DNA of 64,000 nt, from contig JAPETS010000013.1 of assembly GCA_026023565.1 (NCBI GenBank), positions 62,001 to 126,000 on the forward strand. The letters run 5' to 3'. How positions within the stretch are numbered: position 1 is the first letter of the stretch; the number at the start of each line of letters is the position of its first letter. The position numbers and the translations under genes are program-made. Positions 1-12,903 of the stretch are shown here, piece by piece. This DNA is from Cirrosporium novae-zelandiae (Eukaryota). The notes beneath the pieces were generated by a model. It saw only the letters and a list, made by a program, of their open reading frames with translations. It did not search any database and was not told the DNA's origin.

Positions 1-110
1 CAATCCCAAAACAACAAAATAACCAAAAAAATCTGATACATCGAATTTCCCTCACCTAAGCAAATATCCGTACCTTATAACCCATACATAGACTATATCT
101 ATCTACGTAC

Positions 111-142
111 TTAGGTTAGGTTAGGTTAGGTTAGGTTAGGTT
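111..142 (+). repeat. (TTAGG)6 microsatellite in an AT-rich, homopolymer/SSR-rich intergenic zone (1-1600)
   Basis: Direct reading: ttaggttagg... six copies. Flanks carry poly-A/T/G/C runs and (GGAA)n, (GA)n and (GAGT)n. Confidence 0.9.
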
Positions 143-2052
143 GTCCTCTTCACTCACCTATTCAGCCACTCATCCACGTACTCATCCATTTATACCCACA
201 TTATTACATATTATATAGGAAAGGAAAGGAAAGGAAGGAAAGGAGGAGGCAACACTTGTATAATATACCTGTATAATAGATAATAGAAAGAAAAGAAAGA
301 AAAAATCAATCACACATCCTTCTTTTCCCCCTCCTCTCTTCTTTTTCTTCTCTTTCTTCTTTCCCTTTCCCATTCCTCAAGGTTCAATTGCCACCTTATC
401 CCCTCTCCCTTCGCTCGAAAAAAAAGAAAAATAGGGTTTGAGATTTTCTTTAACCTTCTCGTGTTATATATTATGTTATGTTATTTTGTACATGTACTTA
501 TGAAGTGCTACAAGGTACTCGTTCTTTTTTTTTTTTTTTTTTTTTGAGAGGGGGAGGGGGGGGGGGATGTTGGGTATGGTACAGTGGTTGGATGGATGGA
601 TAATACTTTAATACCCAATGGGATATATTGATTGATTGGTTGAAGAAAGGAAGGAAGTAAGTGCTAATTTTGGATATGAGATATAAGATAAAACATTAAA
701 ACTAGATCAGCTAGTTGAACAATTCCGTAAAGCGTAGTTCAATGGAGGGAGGATGCTGTACTTTATAGTTGAACCCCCCCCCCCCTCCCAAAAAAAAGGG
801 AAAGAAAAGGGGAAAGAAAGGGAAAGGGGTAATTTGATTTGATTTGAGTTATATGATACGGTATAATATAATATAAGAACGAACTACAAGCTACTAATCG
901 GTATCACAAGTTGGAGATGGAGAATAAAATATATAGAGAGAGAGAGGGAGAGAGGGAGAAAAAAACAGGTCTAAAGAAAATATATAAAAAGTGAAAAGTA
1001 AAAAAAAAAAAAAAAATAGGGGAGAGGGAGAGGGGGAGTATGGGTATCTGTAGTTTAAAACCCTAGTATTCCGGTGTAGTCAGGTTAATATATTCTATTC
1101 TATCCCAACACTACACCATAGTAGCTATTTATCCCCCCAAGTAGCAAAGTAGCAAGTAGTAGATATCTCCCACGTCCTTTTAGCTGGCTTAGTTACCTAG
1201 GTAAGTAAGAATGCCGACTTGCTTTCTAACACCTGGAGATTTTTTTTCCAATTTAATTGATCTTTGGAATCTCTGTTTATGCATGTATATTGTACATTGT
1301 ACAGTACGTAGATTTATCTGTTTGATGAGTTTGGGGAGTGAGTGAGTGAGTGATATAGTTATGTTATTGTAAGGCTATGTTTATTTAATCCTTTTATAGT
1401 CTTTTGACACGCTTGATGGTTAAAGGGGAATCGTGATAATAGACATCATGTGTGGTACTCTCTACCTGCAGAACATTTTTTATTATTTGGGGGGGTTGTG
1501 TTAATGGTGATATATAATGAAAGTGAATGGGGCGGGATGGTATATTTATCAAAATTGATTGATTAATTGCGAATTTTGGGACCCTCGATGTTTGTTTCCA
1601 AGGAAAGTTAGGAAAGGAATGGGATATCAAGGCTTGGAGGTATCAGTATTATGATTGTGACCCTTGTCTTGGGTTATTTATCTGTAGACTGTAGTACGAA
1701 GCCACTGACTCATCCTGTCTTATCTTTCTTCCTCGTCTGCTGTAGGTTTTGTTCTACCTTCAAATACACAAGGTATCTGGGGGCCAGGATCAAGAAAGGG
1801 ATCATCTTTTCGGAATGGCCTTTTCGTCAACTGTATCTTCTCTTTATTCCATTGGCAACTCTGGATGGACGAAACTCATCTGGACTTTTTGTAATATAAT
1901 GTGAGCACCTTAACGCCGAATTCCCTATCTTATCCTATCCTCACAAATACAGTGGATATTATTGGAATATCCATTCATGGCTATCCTCTTCTTCCCCACA
2001 CGTAAATACAAATCTTGCTATCCCTCGCCGACTGTCACAGCCACAGTTAAGC

Positions 2053-3076
2053 CTATCTTCTCTTCTCCGACCCAGACCCATCTCTCATACCAGGTGGTGG
2101 TGGTGGCAACGAATATCCACCAGGGGGTCCCTGCTGAGAGGATCCTGAAGGAGGGAATCCACCAGGGGCACCTGGAAATTGCGGGAAATTTCCGATCCCT
2201 GCGCCAGGGGGTGGGAATGGCATGCCAGCAGGGAAATTTGGGGGAGGTATTGTAGGGCCCGTAGATGTGGAGGGTGATGCGGAAGAAGGGGATGGTTGGG
2301 GGAATGGGAATGGAGGAGCGTTCATGCCACGGGCAGATGGGACTGGAACATTCATAGAATTAGCTAGTCATTGATATAGAGGGGGAGTATTTGAACATGT
2401 GAGGAGAGTTCTCGGGAGGATTGGGGAAGTAGGGATGACGGAATTGTGGATGACAGGAGGGATATGAGAATATGAGTGTGCATACGAGGCGGTAGACCAC
2501 CGGGGCCAGATGTTGGCATATTCATTCCAAATGGAGGTGGAGGCATCACGCCAGGGCGAGCATTAGGCATGCCTGTAAAAGCATAATTAATATCATCTTT
2601 GTCGAGAGTAGAGGGCTATCTACCTGGGAATCCAAATGGCGGAGGAAAGCCAGGTGCGCCACCCACACCGGGCATTCCTGCACCAGGTGGATGTGCGCCC
2701 AGCATTGGATTCATTGCGCCTTGACCCTCAGCTGCGTAGGAATTGGTGATAGAATCGATAACTGATTGCGCTTTTTCATGGCTAATTTCTAGAAAGCAAT
2801 GTGGTTAACTTATAGTCCTCCAGAAAGGTTTGTGGAGGGACAAAGTACGTGAGTAGTACTCGACAACGTTTCTAAGATGGTTGCGCCCGCTATTATGAGC
2901 TTTGCGCACACTCATAGAATCGTGGGTGAGGTAGACATCGCAGTAATCGCCTTTGAATATTAGCTATATAAACGCGGATAGCTTCAACAGAACGCGTCTC
3001 GGAACCTACAGAAGAGTAAAGGAACTGTTAGCCAGACTTAAGAAATATGGGAGATGGAAGACTTATATTTCGGCAT
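2053..3076 (-). CDS. YHC1: U1 snRNP protein C (U1-C), 6 exons
   Basis: Spliced product [62 protein letters not shown]..., i.e. the matrin-type U1-C zinc finger followed by a Pro/Gly/Met-rich tail. Exon 1 3076-3067, AT-AC intron 3066-3016, microexon 3015-3010, GT-AG intron 3009-2951, then three more GT-AG introns. Confidence 0.93.
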
Positions 3077-4004
3077 ATTGAATAGCAAGATTATCAAAGA
3101 ATGAAAAAAGATATTAATTATCGAATCAGTACCAAGTATTTCCTCGAGGAGATAAAAAGCCTAGAGGTTGGAGCTATGAAGTAGAATCGCAATGGCAAAT
3201 TCCGCTTCTAGTTTACTTGCTTGAGTGCCTAAATCCTCAGGCGGAAAGTAATACATATTTCACCGTCTGGGCTTTGGGCTTTGGCTTTGATGAGGTAGCT
3301 TCTAGACAACAGTCCACAGTTAACAACTGTAACGTTCGATAATATTTATAACCATGGTATGTATCCTTTCCTCTGAATTGTCATATATGATAACTTTCTT
3401 ACTATATTGTGTCAAGGCAAATCTCCCAAATCTTCGTCGTCTATTCGTTGAATCCAGGACAGAGGCTCAGGAAAGCACATATTCCAGAAATGCGGTATTA
3501 TCAAGCAGCTGCCCTCAAATATTTTTGACTAACATTACTTTAGTTCTACAACCTTGCTCTCTTCATGTCATCCGTCGTAGTTTTTAGTATCATTGCCCAA
3601 CGGATGAGTGGTGGTAGAATAGTCAATACCGCATGACTAGCCCGAGATAAAACTTCCCATGGTTTAAATAAGACAAAGAGTGGGATACCACAAGTCTACT
3701 GTATTACATCATTGGTGGAATCCATTATTTGAGTTGAGAGGGGGAACATATGCCATTTTCGAGAACCCCAGCTCTTCTCACGATGACTAGCTAGACTCAT
3801 GTTTGTCTGCATACACAATAACTGGTATCCACCTGCGCCATAACCTGGAGGCCGAGAATACTTGCCGAGATAGTTGCCTTACTCCATAGTAGCCATCGCA
3901 TACCGTAGTGATGGCCTCGCATATCCACCACCAAAGTCCATGCATCCCTCAATCTCATCTAATGGTAATCCGTCGCATGGCTGATGAATGATTATGGTAG
4001 GCCC

Positions 4005-4757
4005 CTAAATATCTTCTGGGTCACCGGAAAATAATGAAATGCGCAAACGATGGGCCTAAGCAAATTAGACCAGCTCATATCTAGGATGGGGATGACTTAC
4101 AAATGGCATCTTTGGAATTACCACAGCTAGAGTTGCGCAGAAATTGATCGTAAAGAAAAACAGGTTATAGTTTGTGTAATGGGTACTGACGAGAAATAAA
4201 ACCACTGGGACCATAACGAGGAACTTCTTGTTTGGCGTATGTTGCTCTCCACTATCCATCTGTTCCCACATGTTCAATCTATCGTAGGCCCCAGAGTTGA
4301 ATTCAAAAGGGACTCCTTTGACCCAATGAAACATGATATAGGATCCGAACATGTAGACGAAGTTGGTTAGAGTCCATGATAGTTCAGGAGAGACGCCCGG
4401 AACGGCCCCGGAGAAGATGCGTAAAAGTATTATGATGACAATGTGAATCAACCACGCCCCTGTTGCCAAAGAAATGTCAGCCTGCCGTAATCTTGTCCAG
4501 AGTAGAATTCAAATCCTCCGGTGCTTTCGTTTATCGCCATGGCGGGTTGGTGCCAATAATGTTATAACCAAATGCTGCCAGGGCCAAAAGTTCAAAGCAA
4601 TTTAAAATCACCCACCCTTTGCATTCATCCAATCCGAATTTAGATTGGGAAGAGCGGATTGGTCACTTAGTTGCTCAAGACTCTCCTCCGGTTCCCGGTA
4701 GACCAGACTGCTTGAGCGGTGTTTGCGAGCCGTTCTTCGTTCGCTCATGGTTGTCAT
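4005..4757 (-). CDS. ORM1: ORMDL-family serine palmitoyltransferase regulator, 3 exons
   Basis: Motifs DQSALPNLNSDWMNAKG|GAWLIHIVII, SWTLTN, FHWVKGVPFEFNSGAYDRLNMWEQMD and IPKMPF|AHRLRI. The start could be 4757 or 4748. Confidence 0.93.
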
Positions 4758-5696
4758 GAGGGTTTGTGTGTCTGTGTCCGAGTCTCGAAGGGAGCTGTCC
4801 GCAGACAGCGAGAGAGTCGGGGGGAAGAGTAGGGAAGACAGATTGGCGGTGTTGAGGAGGTTATCGTGGGAAATGTTGAAGGTTCTGAAAAGAATGCAAA
4901 CAAGAGGCGCATCAAGTGTCCGTAACAACGGGGATTACCGCATCCGAGGGTCGTAAACCTGTCGCCTGATATAAAGGGTTCCTTTTGGTGTGGTTAACCA
5001 TGAGCGCCAGAACCTTTGCCAACAAACTGACATTGCCCTGCAGCGAAAATCACCTTTGGACATTGAAACAATCTTCCTGGTGATCGGAGGATTTCATACC
5101 TATTAAATTTCACGACACCGAATGACGAACGGCTGGATCTTGAAGGTAGCTTTTTTCGCTGATGCTGAAAGACTGAATTATTGCAAGTAATAGCGAGTAA
5201 AAGCGGTTAAGAAAGAATGGTAATGGGTGGAATGATGAAAGATCAGAAAAGGGTGAAAGTGTGAGCGTTAATACACTAAAGTAGAAGTATTGATTGATTA
5301 ATGTGTAGTTAAGGTGGTGGAAGGGACGAAGAGGTACATTAACTACTTAGGTATCTGAATAAGAACAACCTCAGGGATCTAAGATCTGAAGTTCGAACTG
5401 GACACGATCCGAGCAGTCAGTCATCCTGGCCACACTGGACCTGGCAACTTTTGCCCTGGGAAAGAAATCACACTAACGGTAGATCCTTCCTCCGGTGCCG
5501 ACTGATGGGACTAGACTGTTTTTGGATGATTATTCATCGACTGAGTCGTACCGTGTCTACCTGCCTAGGTAGGTAAGTACCTGGATGTTGTACAGTACAG
5601 AGAGAGACTTGACTTTTCTGTTTTCTCAATTCGACTTCACACCCTCATGTCGAATATCCCAACACCTTAAGCTCCAAGAGAGGAGCTTATGAGATC

Positions 5697-8394
5697 ATGC
5701 GAAGAAGCGCAAGGCTACAAGACAAGGAAGCCAAGAAGCACGACGAACCTACCGTACCTCAAAATACCAAGAAACAAGATAAACCCAACGACTTGAAGAA
5801 ACCCAAGCAAGAACAACCTAAGAAGTCTGATCAATCCAAGGAATCAGCAAAACTCAAACAGCCAGAAAAGCTCAAGCAACCAATAAAACCTCAAAAACAA
5901 GACCAGTCCAAAAAGCTACAAGAAGTGAATAAACAAGAGCAGGTAGGAAATAAAGAGGTTGCAAAGCCAAAGCAAATCAAAGGTCAGAAACCAGAGAGGA
6001 GTCCTGAAGGTCGCGCTCGAACTGTCGCAAGATATAAACAACACAAAAAGAACCAGAAGGAAAGAAAGAAAGCAGAGAGCGAAGCCAAACTAAAAGAGAA
6101 GGCCAAGGAAGGACAAAAACCACCTCCAAATCAACCTGCGAATCAACTTACGAATCAACCTGTGAACCAGCCTGCGAACCAACCTGCGAACCAATCTGCG
6201 AACCAACCTCCAAACCCACCTCGCAAATCAAGGCGGCAGAAGAAAAGAGAAAAAGACCAATTAAGGGCAAAGCAAGCTCGCTCCGAAACAGCTCCTCCCG
6301 GCACCGCTTCCAGCTTTCCTGCTGTTAGAGAAGCTTTAAAAAGAGTTGATATGGATTCTACCGAGCCACAAACTATAAATATTAACCGGCGAGCTACATC
6401 TGAAGCTTTGAATGCGTCCAGCACTCAAGGTGCCTATGTACCAGCTGTGAACTGGAATGCTGGCAGTAGACCGAAAATTAGAACTACGCTTGGATCTACC
6501 AATGTCAACACAAGTACAAAAACGGATAAGAGTGTGGGGAATTTTTCTGAAGAGGTAATATCTCTCACTGATAGCCAAAGGGAAATTTCGCGGACAAGAG
6601 AAGGATCAGGGGATGGCACTCCAGAATCAACAAATAAGCAGGCAACACTTTTAATCCGAAACTTGCCGTCCTCATATGCCGAGAAAGATGTAATGTACGC
6701 GTTTCGAGACTTCAAACCAAGCTCATGCTACATTCCTCGTCCTAAACCTTCTAATTTTCAGCCTTCCGACCCGGCGTTCGTTTATGTTGACCAGGATTAT
6801 GTCTATCAGGCCATCGCTGCACTTCATGGGCAAATTTGGGAAGGTCACAGAGTGACAGTCATGCTCGATAAAGGTTCCAATTCACATCGACTGAGGCTGC
6901 CGACATCGTCGCGGCAATCATCCCCGAAATCTGAAAGTGATGGCATTATTCTAAATATTCAGGATAGTTCTGATAAAGAAGATGAAAAAGACGATATGAT
7001 GATTATATCTAACTCGGATCCCAAGAAGTCTTCGGAATTCCTTCGTTCTCGTGAAGACCATGAATTGACCACCAAGCAATCGGTAGAAGTAACAGAGGAG
7101 AGTAATCATTCGGACGAAGATGAGTCTCCGGGAAGTGATTCGAGTGAAGAATCTGACTCCGGTAAAGAAAATGATGTTAGGACTCTGGCAGATTTGTCTC
7201 CCGAAGCCCTTAACATGCAGTTCCGCTATACTGCGATCATGAAATCACCGCAGGACATTGATTTAACACAGCCAGTTACTTGCCTTCTTTGTGGTGTTCG
7301 AGGCCATATGGCTGAAACTTGCTCTGAGCTAAAGGTACTTGAATCTTTCAATTAGCCAGGTATCATGTTGAAAATAATGCTTTCCGTTACTCATTACATT
7401 TATTGCTTATCAGACAAATTTCATTTCCATCTAGATATTCTATTCGGACCTACTGACAATTTATTTATTCTAGTGTTCTCATTGCGGTGTATACGATGAG
7501 CACATCTCTCGTAACTGCCCGACACAACCACCAAGATGCGGAAAATGTGGCGAAACGGGCCATGCTAAGTCCAAGTGTCAATTCAAACTCAAACGTACTA
7601 TTGCCGACAAGGTAACCTGTCAACTGTGTCAACGTCATGATCACCTTGAGCATGAGTGTGAGCTGATATGGAAAACCTTCCGGCCGATGAAAAGCTCCGT
7701 CGCCACAACTATACTTCTTTTCTGTTCTCTTTGTGGTAACAATGGACATCTAAATGGTGACTGCTCTCAACGTTTACCTGGGCAGCCACTTCGTAGCACT
7801 ACCTGGACAAACCAGAGCATCCATCCTGGCGGGCCGAGTGAACCTGTTTGTCATATCGGCAATTATAATATTCCTACAGGACGAAGCGGAGCTCGGGGTA
7901 ATGAGGATGTGATTGTTTTGTCCAGTGATAGTGAAGATGACCCACGCAACTTTTACGGGCCGAAAGTTAATCGTGCTCCTCAACCTGGGGGAATCCGCAT
8001 TAAAGGGGCTAGCACTAGGGGAGAGGTTAACGGTCTTCCTCCGAGACCACCTAATGCTCTTGGTCCATACAACGGTCAGTATCCTAATCCATCGATGGAA
8101 TATCGTGAACGTGAGAACAATCCGTTCGACCAATACCAACGACGACGATCAAGATCACCGTTGATACAATATCCAGGTCGTACGGATAGTAGAGATTTAA
8201 GAAATAATCCTACGGGCTTGGGATTTGGCGGTAACGGAGATTATTGGCAACCTCCTTTACCTGATGAGCCAACTCCCTCATACCGTGGGGGACGACCTAG
8301 CCAAGGAAGGCATGGTCGACGTCCTGCAGCCGGTGAATCATATAGGCCAATGCCCAGTTCCGGACGAGCAGCTTGGAGGCAGCACAATGTTTGA
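5697..8394 (+). CDS. Air1/Air2-like (TRAMP) CCHC zinc-knuckle protein with a basic low-complexity N-terminus and an RRM; intron about 7335-7473
   Basis: After splicing there are five CxxC-x4/5-H-x4-C knuckles (CLLCGVRGHMAETC, CSHCGVYDEHISRNC, CGKCGETGHAKSKC, CQLCQRHDHLEHEC, CSLCGNNGHLNGDC). An IWKTF motif (IWRxY-like) lies between knuckles 4 and 5. RRM: LLIRNLPSS...AFVYV...AIAALHGQIWEGHRVTV. Confidence 0.8.
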
Positions 8395-9029
8395 GTTTAT
8401 GGTGTGTGCATTTTTCACGAGTCGTGTTATAAAAGTAAGGCGTTTAATGATGATACCCCATCAATTCTTGCAGGAGATGGCTATAATTGGGATTGAATTA
8501 ATGTATATTATGTTCGACCAAGTAATAACATGTGAATGATTGCAATACCCGTGCCCTAACTTGTTGTACATTTATCGAGTGTATGTGTCGGTAAGTGAAT
8601 ATGGAGAATAGGTGCGATATCCTGAAAGAAGCAACCCAAAGTTGAAATATGGCAGGAAAGATAATAACGTATAATATAATTCTCAAGTAGTAAATACAAT
8701 CCTTTAGGTAGACTCTGTACGCTGAGAATTTTTTGGATGGCCAAGCTGTAAGTAGTCTGGTCTAACGAGTGCAAATGATGTCTTTGTTCGGCTAAATATC
8801 CTAGAGTCGATCCTACCAGTAGTCCTCTCCTTCTTGTCTACAGTTCTAGCCACATACCTCTATTAAACAACAGCTTTGCAATATCAGCTTCGACATGCTC
8901 TCCAACGTGTTTTAAGCCTCTCCAACACCCTAAATATCGACTTCATTAAACACCCACGGGTCACCCCCGTCTCCTTTTCGCAAGGGCTGAGGCGCGGCCT
9001 AGGTCGCTGCCACAGCATATTACTCCAAT

Positions 9030-11529
9030 ATGGCAGTCAATCGAATTCGAGGCGCCTTTGCGGTGCCTAGGAAGGGAGAAACATTTGAACTGAGAGCTGG
9101 TTTAGTGTTTGAAGACCTCCATGTTCTGTCCTTGGATATTTCTGACATCTAGTACAGCTCGCAATATGCCTACGAGAGGTATTTCAATCAATCCTTGTCA
9201 AGTGCGCAATTCTCACATCCGTCAGGAAGGAGGCCATTCAGAAAACAATCATGTCCATGACATTAGGGAAAGATGTGTCGGCACTTTTCCCAGACGTTCT
9301 CAAAAATATCGCAACGGCGGATCTCGACCAGAAGAAACTCGTGTACCTTTATCTCATGTCCGTATATCTGACATCTGCCACTGATTCGGAAGCATCTAAT
9401 GCTTACGTAGGAATTATGCCAAATCCCACCCTGATTTGTGTATTCTTGCCGTCAACACATTTGTTCAAGACTCCGAAGACCCCAATCCTCTAATACGAGC
9501 CCTAGCTATACGGACGATGGGCTGCATAAGGGTAGACAAGATGGTCGATTATATGGAAGAACCTTTACGGAAAACTTTGAGAGATGAATCACCCTACGTA
9601 CGAAAAACCGCAGCTATATGCGTCGCCAAGCTCTTTGACCTTGCGCCAGCCACATGTTTAGAAAATGGTTTCCTGGAGACATTACAAGAGATGGTTGGAG
9701 ACCCGAATCCCATGGTTGTCGCAAATTCGGTCACCGCCCTTGGAGAAATCAATGAAGCTGCTCCAGAAACCAAGGCATTAATCATTACATCGAACACATT
9801 GAAAAAGATGCTAATGGCTTTGAACGAATGTACAGAATGGGGTAGGGTCACGATACTGTCAACGTTAGCAGACTACAAAGCACACGATGTCCGGGAGGCT
9901 GAACATATCTGCGAGAGAGTCTCTCCACAGTTCCAACATGTTAATCCTAGTGTGGTTCTCGCTGCAGTCAAGGTTGTGTTCTTGCACATGAAATATATCA
10001 ACCATGAAGCTTCAGCCTCATACCTTCGCAAAATGGCTCCCCCGTTAGGTTCGTCTTTTTGTAGATTATTTGAGGGGTTTCGGTCAAACTAACGAGATTA
10101 GTGACTCTTGTATCCTCCGCTCCAGAAGTCCAGTATGTTGCCCTGAGGAATATTGATCTTCTTCTTCAAAAGCAACCTGATATATTGAGCAAAGAGCTGC
10201 GTGTATTCTTCTGCAAATATAATGATCCTCCCTACGTAAAATTCCAGAAATTGGAAATAATGGTTCGAATTGCGAATGAGAGAAATGTCGACCAACTTCT
10301 AGGAGAATTGAAAGAATATGCTCTCGAGGTCGATATGGATTTCGTTCGTCGTGCTGTCAAAGCCATCGGCCAAGTAGCAATCAAGATTGAAAGTGCCAGC
10401 GAGAAATGCGTCAACACGCTGTTGGATCTGATTAATACGAAAGTCAACTATGTCGTTCAGGAGGCAATTGTGGTGATTAAGGATATTTTCCGGAAATACC
10501 CAGGTTACGAAGGAATCATCCCAACACTTTGCAAATGCATTGACGAACTTGACGAACCCAATGCCCGCGGTGCACTGATATGGATTGTGGGTGAGTATGC
10601 GGAGAAGATAAGCAACGCTGGAGATATCCTTGCTAGCTTTGTTGAAGGGTTCAATGAAGAGTTTTCGCAGACACAACTGCAAATTCTGACTGCTGTGGTA
10701 AAGCTCTTCCTTAAGAAACCAGATCAATCTCAAGGTCTTGTCCAAAAGGTTCTCCAAGCCGCCACTGCAGAAAATGATAACCCAGATGTCCGTGATCGAG
10801 CATATGTGTACTGGCGTCTTCTCTCTAGTGACGCTAATATCACCAAAAGCGTTGTTCTCTCGGAGAAGCCTCCCATTGAGAGTACCATCCAATCGTTACC
10901 CGCCCCGCTACTCGACCAGCTTCTAACGGAGTTATCTACATTGGCTTCCGTGTATCACAAACCTCCAGAAACCTTTGTTGGACAAGGAAGATTTGGCGCA
11001 GACGCTGTCCAACGTGCTGCTATTGAGTATGCTTTAATGATTATCTAGATTTCTATGTTTTGGACTGACATTCAACAGGGAACAACTTCAAAATGCGCGC
11101 GAAAACCCCCTCGCTGCTCAGGCAGCCGCCGTTTCCGGAAAGCCTGGATCCGCCGCCCAAAACAACGCCGAGAACCTCCTCGATATCGACTTTGACGGTG
11201 CCGCTCCAGCCTCCACACAGAAGGAGCCTTCGGGTGGCCTTTCTGGGCTTGAAGGCCTTGCAGGAACTCCTCAACGTGTTGCTTCACCAGGAATTGGGGA
11301 GCCAGCAGCATCAGCGGCTCCACATGGTGCACTTGATGATTTGATGGGTGTCTTTGGGGGTGGACCTGCTGCGCCTACTGGTGGCATGGGACAACAAGAC
11401 ATTTTGAATGGATTTGCAGGGTTGGACCTGGGAGGAAGTAGTCAACCGTTACCTGCCAGTCAGCAATTGGCGGCACAACAATCGAATGGAGGGAAGAAGA
11501 ATAATGAGGATATTCTAGGTCTATTTTAG
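9030..11529 (+). CDS. APL2: AP-1 adaptor complex beta subunit, 6 exons
   Basis: Spliced N-terminus [94 protein letters not shown], an adaptin N-terminal domain, and clathrin-box-like LLDIDFD in the tail. Confidence 0.92.
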
Positions 11530-12073
11530 TGGTAAGAGTCGAGGCCAAGAGATAGTGATGATGCTCCACCATTCTGGTGTGATTGAGAAGTGCGGTTGAT
11601 GAATAATCTCAGAAAAACCGATGGTGATCAAGCCCATGATTCATGACTTGGAGTCGGGATAGGTCCAAGAGGCATAGGAAAGCAACTGTGACTAGAGTTC
11701 GGTTCATGGGTCGGCTTATGGTTGCTTGATATCGAGTATTTAAATTCAACTGAGGATAGCGTCATGATCGGGTAGTGCTGAAATTGTCGAGAGTATAAAT
11801 TCCATTCTAAACACATGATTGCTTGCTACATGTATTAGGTAGAATATATTTAGTAATACTCAAACCGATCAGCGCTGCAAGGTAGAGATGATCATTATTG
11901 CCCCTCATCTTGGTCCAACATCATTGTTCTATCTCAACAATCAACGCAATTTGTGAGCAAGGTCTACAGTACAATTTATCGTCTAGAGGCTTGTATTGAA
12001 TCCGCATACAAAACGGCATTATCAAAACACGTAAAGAAAAGCTTTGCCTCTTGAGAAAATACTATTACCAACC

Positions 12074-12541
12074 ATGGCTACTACCATCTCTACCGATAAC
12101 CCTCCCCACCCTTACCTGACCTGCCAATGCACCACGATATCGCATCCTCTCCCAACTCCCCGCCCCCTGAAAACGTACCTCTGCCACTGCCTCTCCTGTC
12201 AATCACAATCCGCCTCAGCCTTTGGTATCAGCTGCGTATTCCCAGTCTTTACCATTCCTCCTAGCGCCTCCCTGGGCATCTGGACCCGCACTACCGATTC
12301 GGGAAATACGATGGATTGCTACTTTTGCAAGACATGTGGGGTACGGTTGATGCATCGGGTAAGGGGGCGAGAGACTGTTAACGTAAAGGGGGGGTGTTTG
12401 CGGGGAGTAGATTTGAGGGAGGAATTGAAGGGTGGGGGGCAGATTTGGTGTAAGAGGGCAGTTGTGGATGTGGACTTGGGGGTGGTGGGGGATAAGGGGA
12501 GATGGGAAGGGGAACCTGATGAGGAGTTTAGGAGGATTTGA
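12074..12541 (+). CDS. GFA/CENP-V (Mss4-like) zinc-binding protein
   Basis: CQC...CHCLSCQSQSASAFG...YFCKTCGVRL pattern; intronless; ATG at 12074. Confidence 0.85.
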   Translation: MATTISTDNPPHPYLTCQCTTISHPLPTPRPLKTYLCHCLSCQSQSASAFGISCVFPVFTIPPSASLGIWTRTTDSGNTMDCYFCKTCGVRLMHRVRGRETVNVKGGCLRGVDLREELKGGGQIWCKRAVVDVDLGVVGDKGRWEGEPDEEFRRI

Positions 12542-12903
12542 TTTATTATGTAGAGGGTATTATGGCGCTTTATCATTTATTGACAGCCTATTCTCCTTCT
12601 ATCGATATACGCAGCATTGTGGTTTCTGTTAAGGATTCCGGAAGATGCCGTGCCAAGACTAGATAGTATAACTAGAATATTTTGGATAAATTTAATAAAG
12701 AACCATACACAAAATCACAGCATTGTTGGAGCATCAAGACATGCAGGGATCATCGCCAATGACAAACGGAACAAACATTTTTGTCCCCCGGCATCCCACC
12801 CATATCGCCAACCCACATTTTTATTTTTCTTAACAAGTTCAAGAGCTCCAATTGAGACATATAATCATTTTTGACATATTTCAGTCTAGATCCAGAGAGA
12901 AAA

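Noticed and set aside
111..142. (TTAGG)6 as a telomere or chromosome end
   Set aside because: Short and internal, the typical Pezizomycotina repeat is TTAGGG, and similar TAGG/TTAG SSRs occur throughout the spacers.
3016..3066. AT-AC intron as evidence of a U12 minor spliceosome
   Set aside because: It lacks the ATATCCTT donor and the TCCTTAAC branch site; the signals are U2-type.
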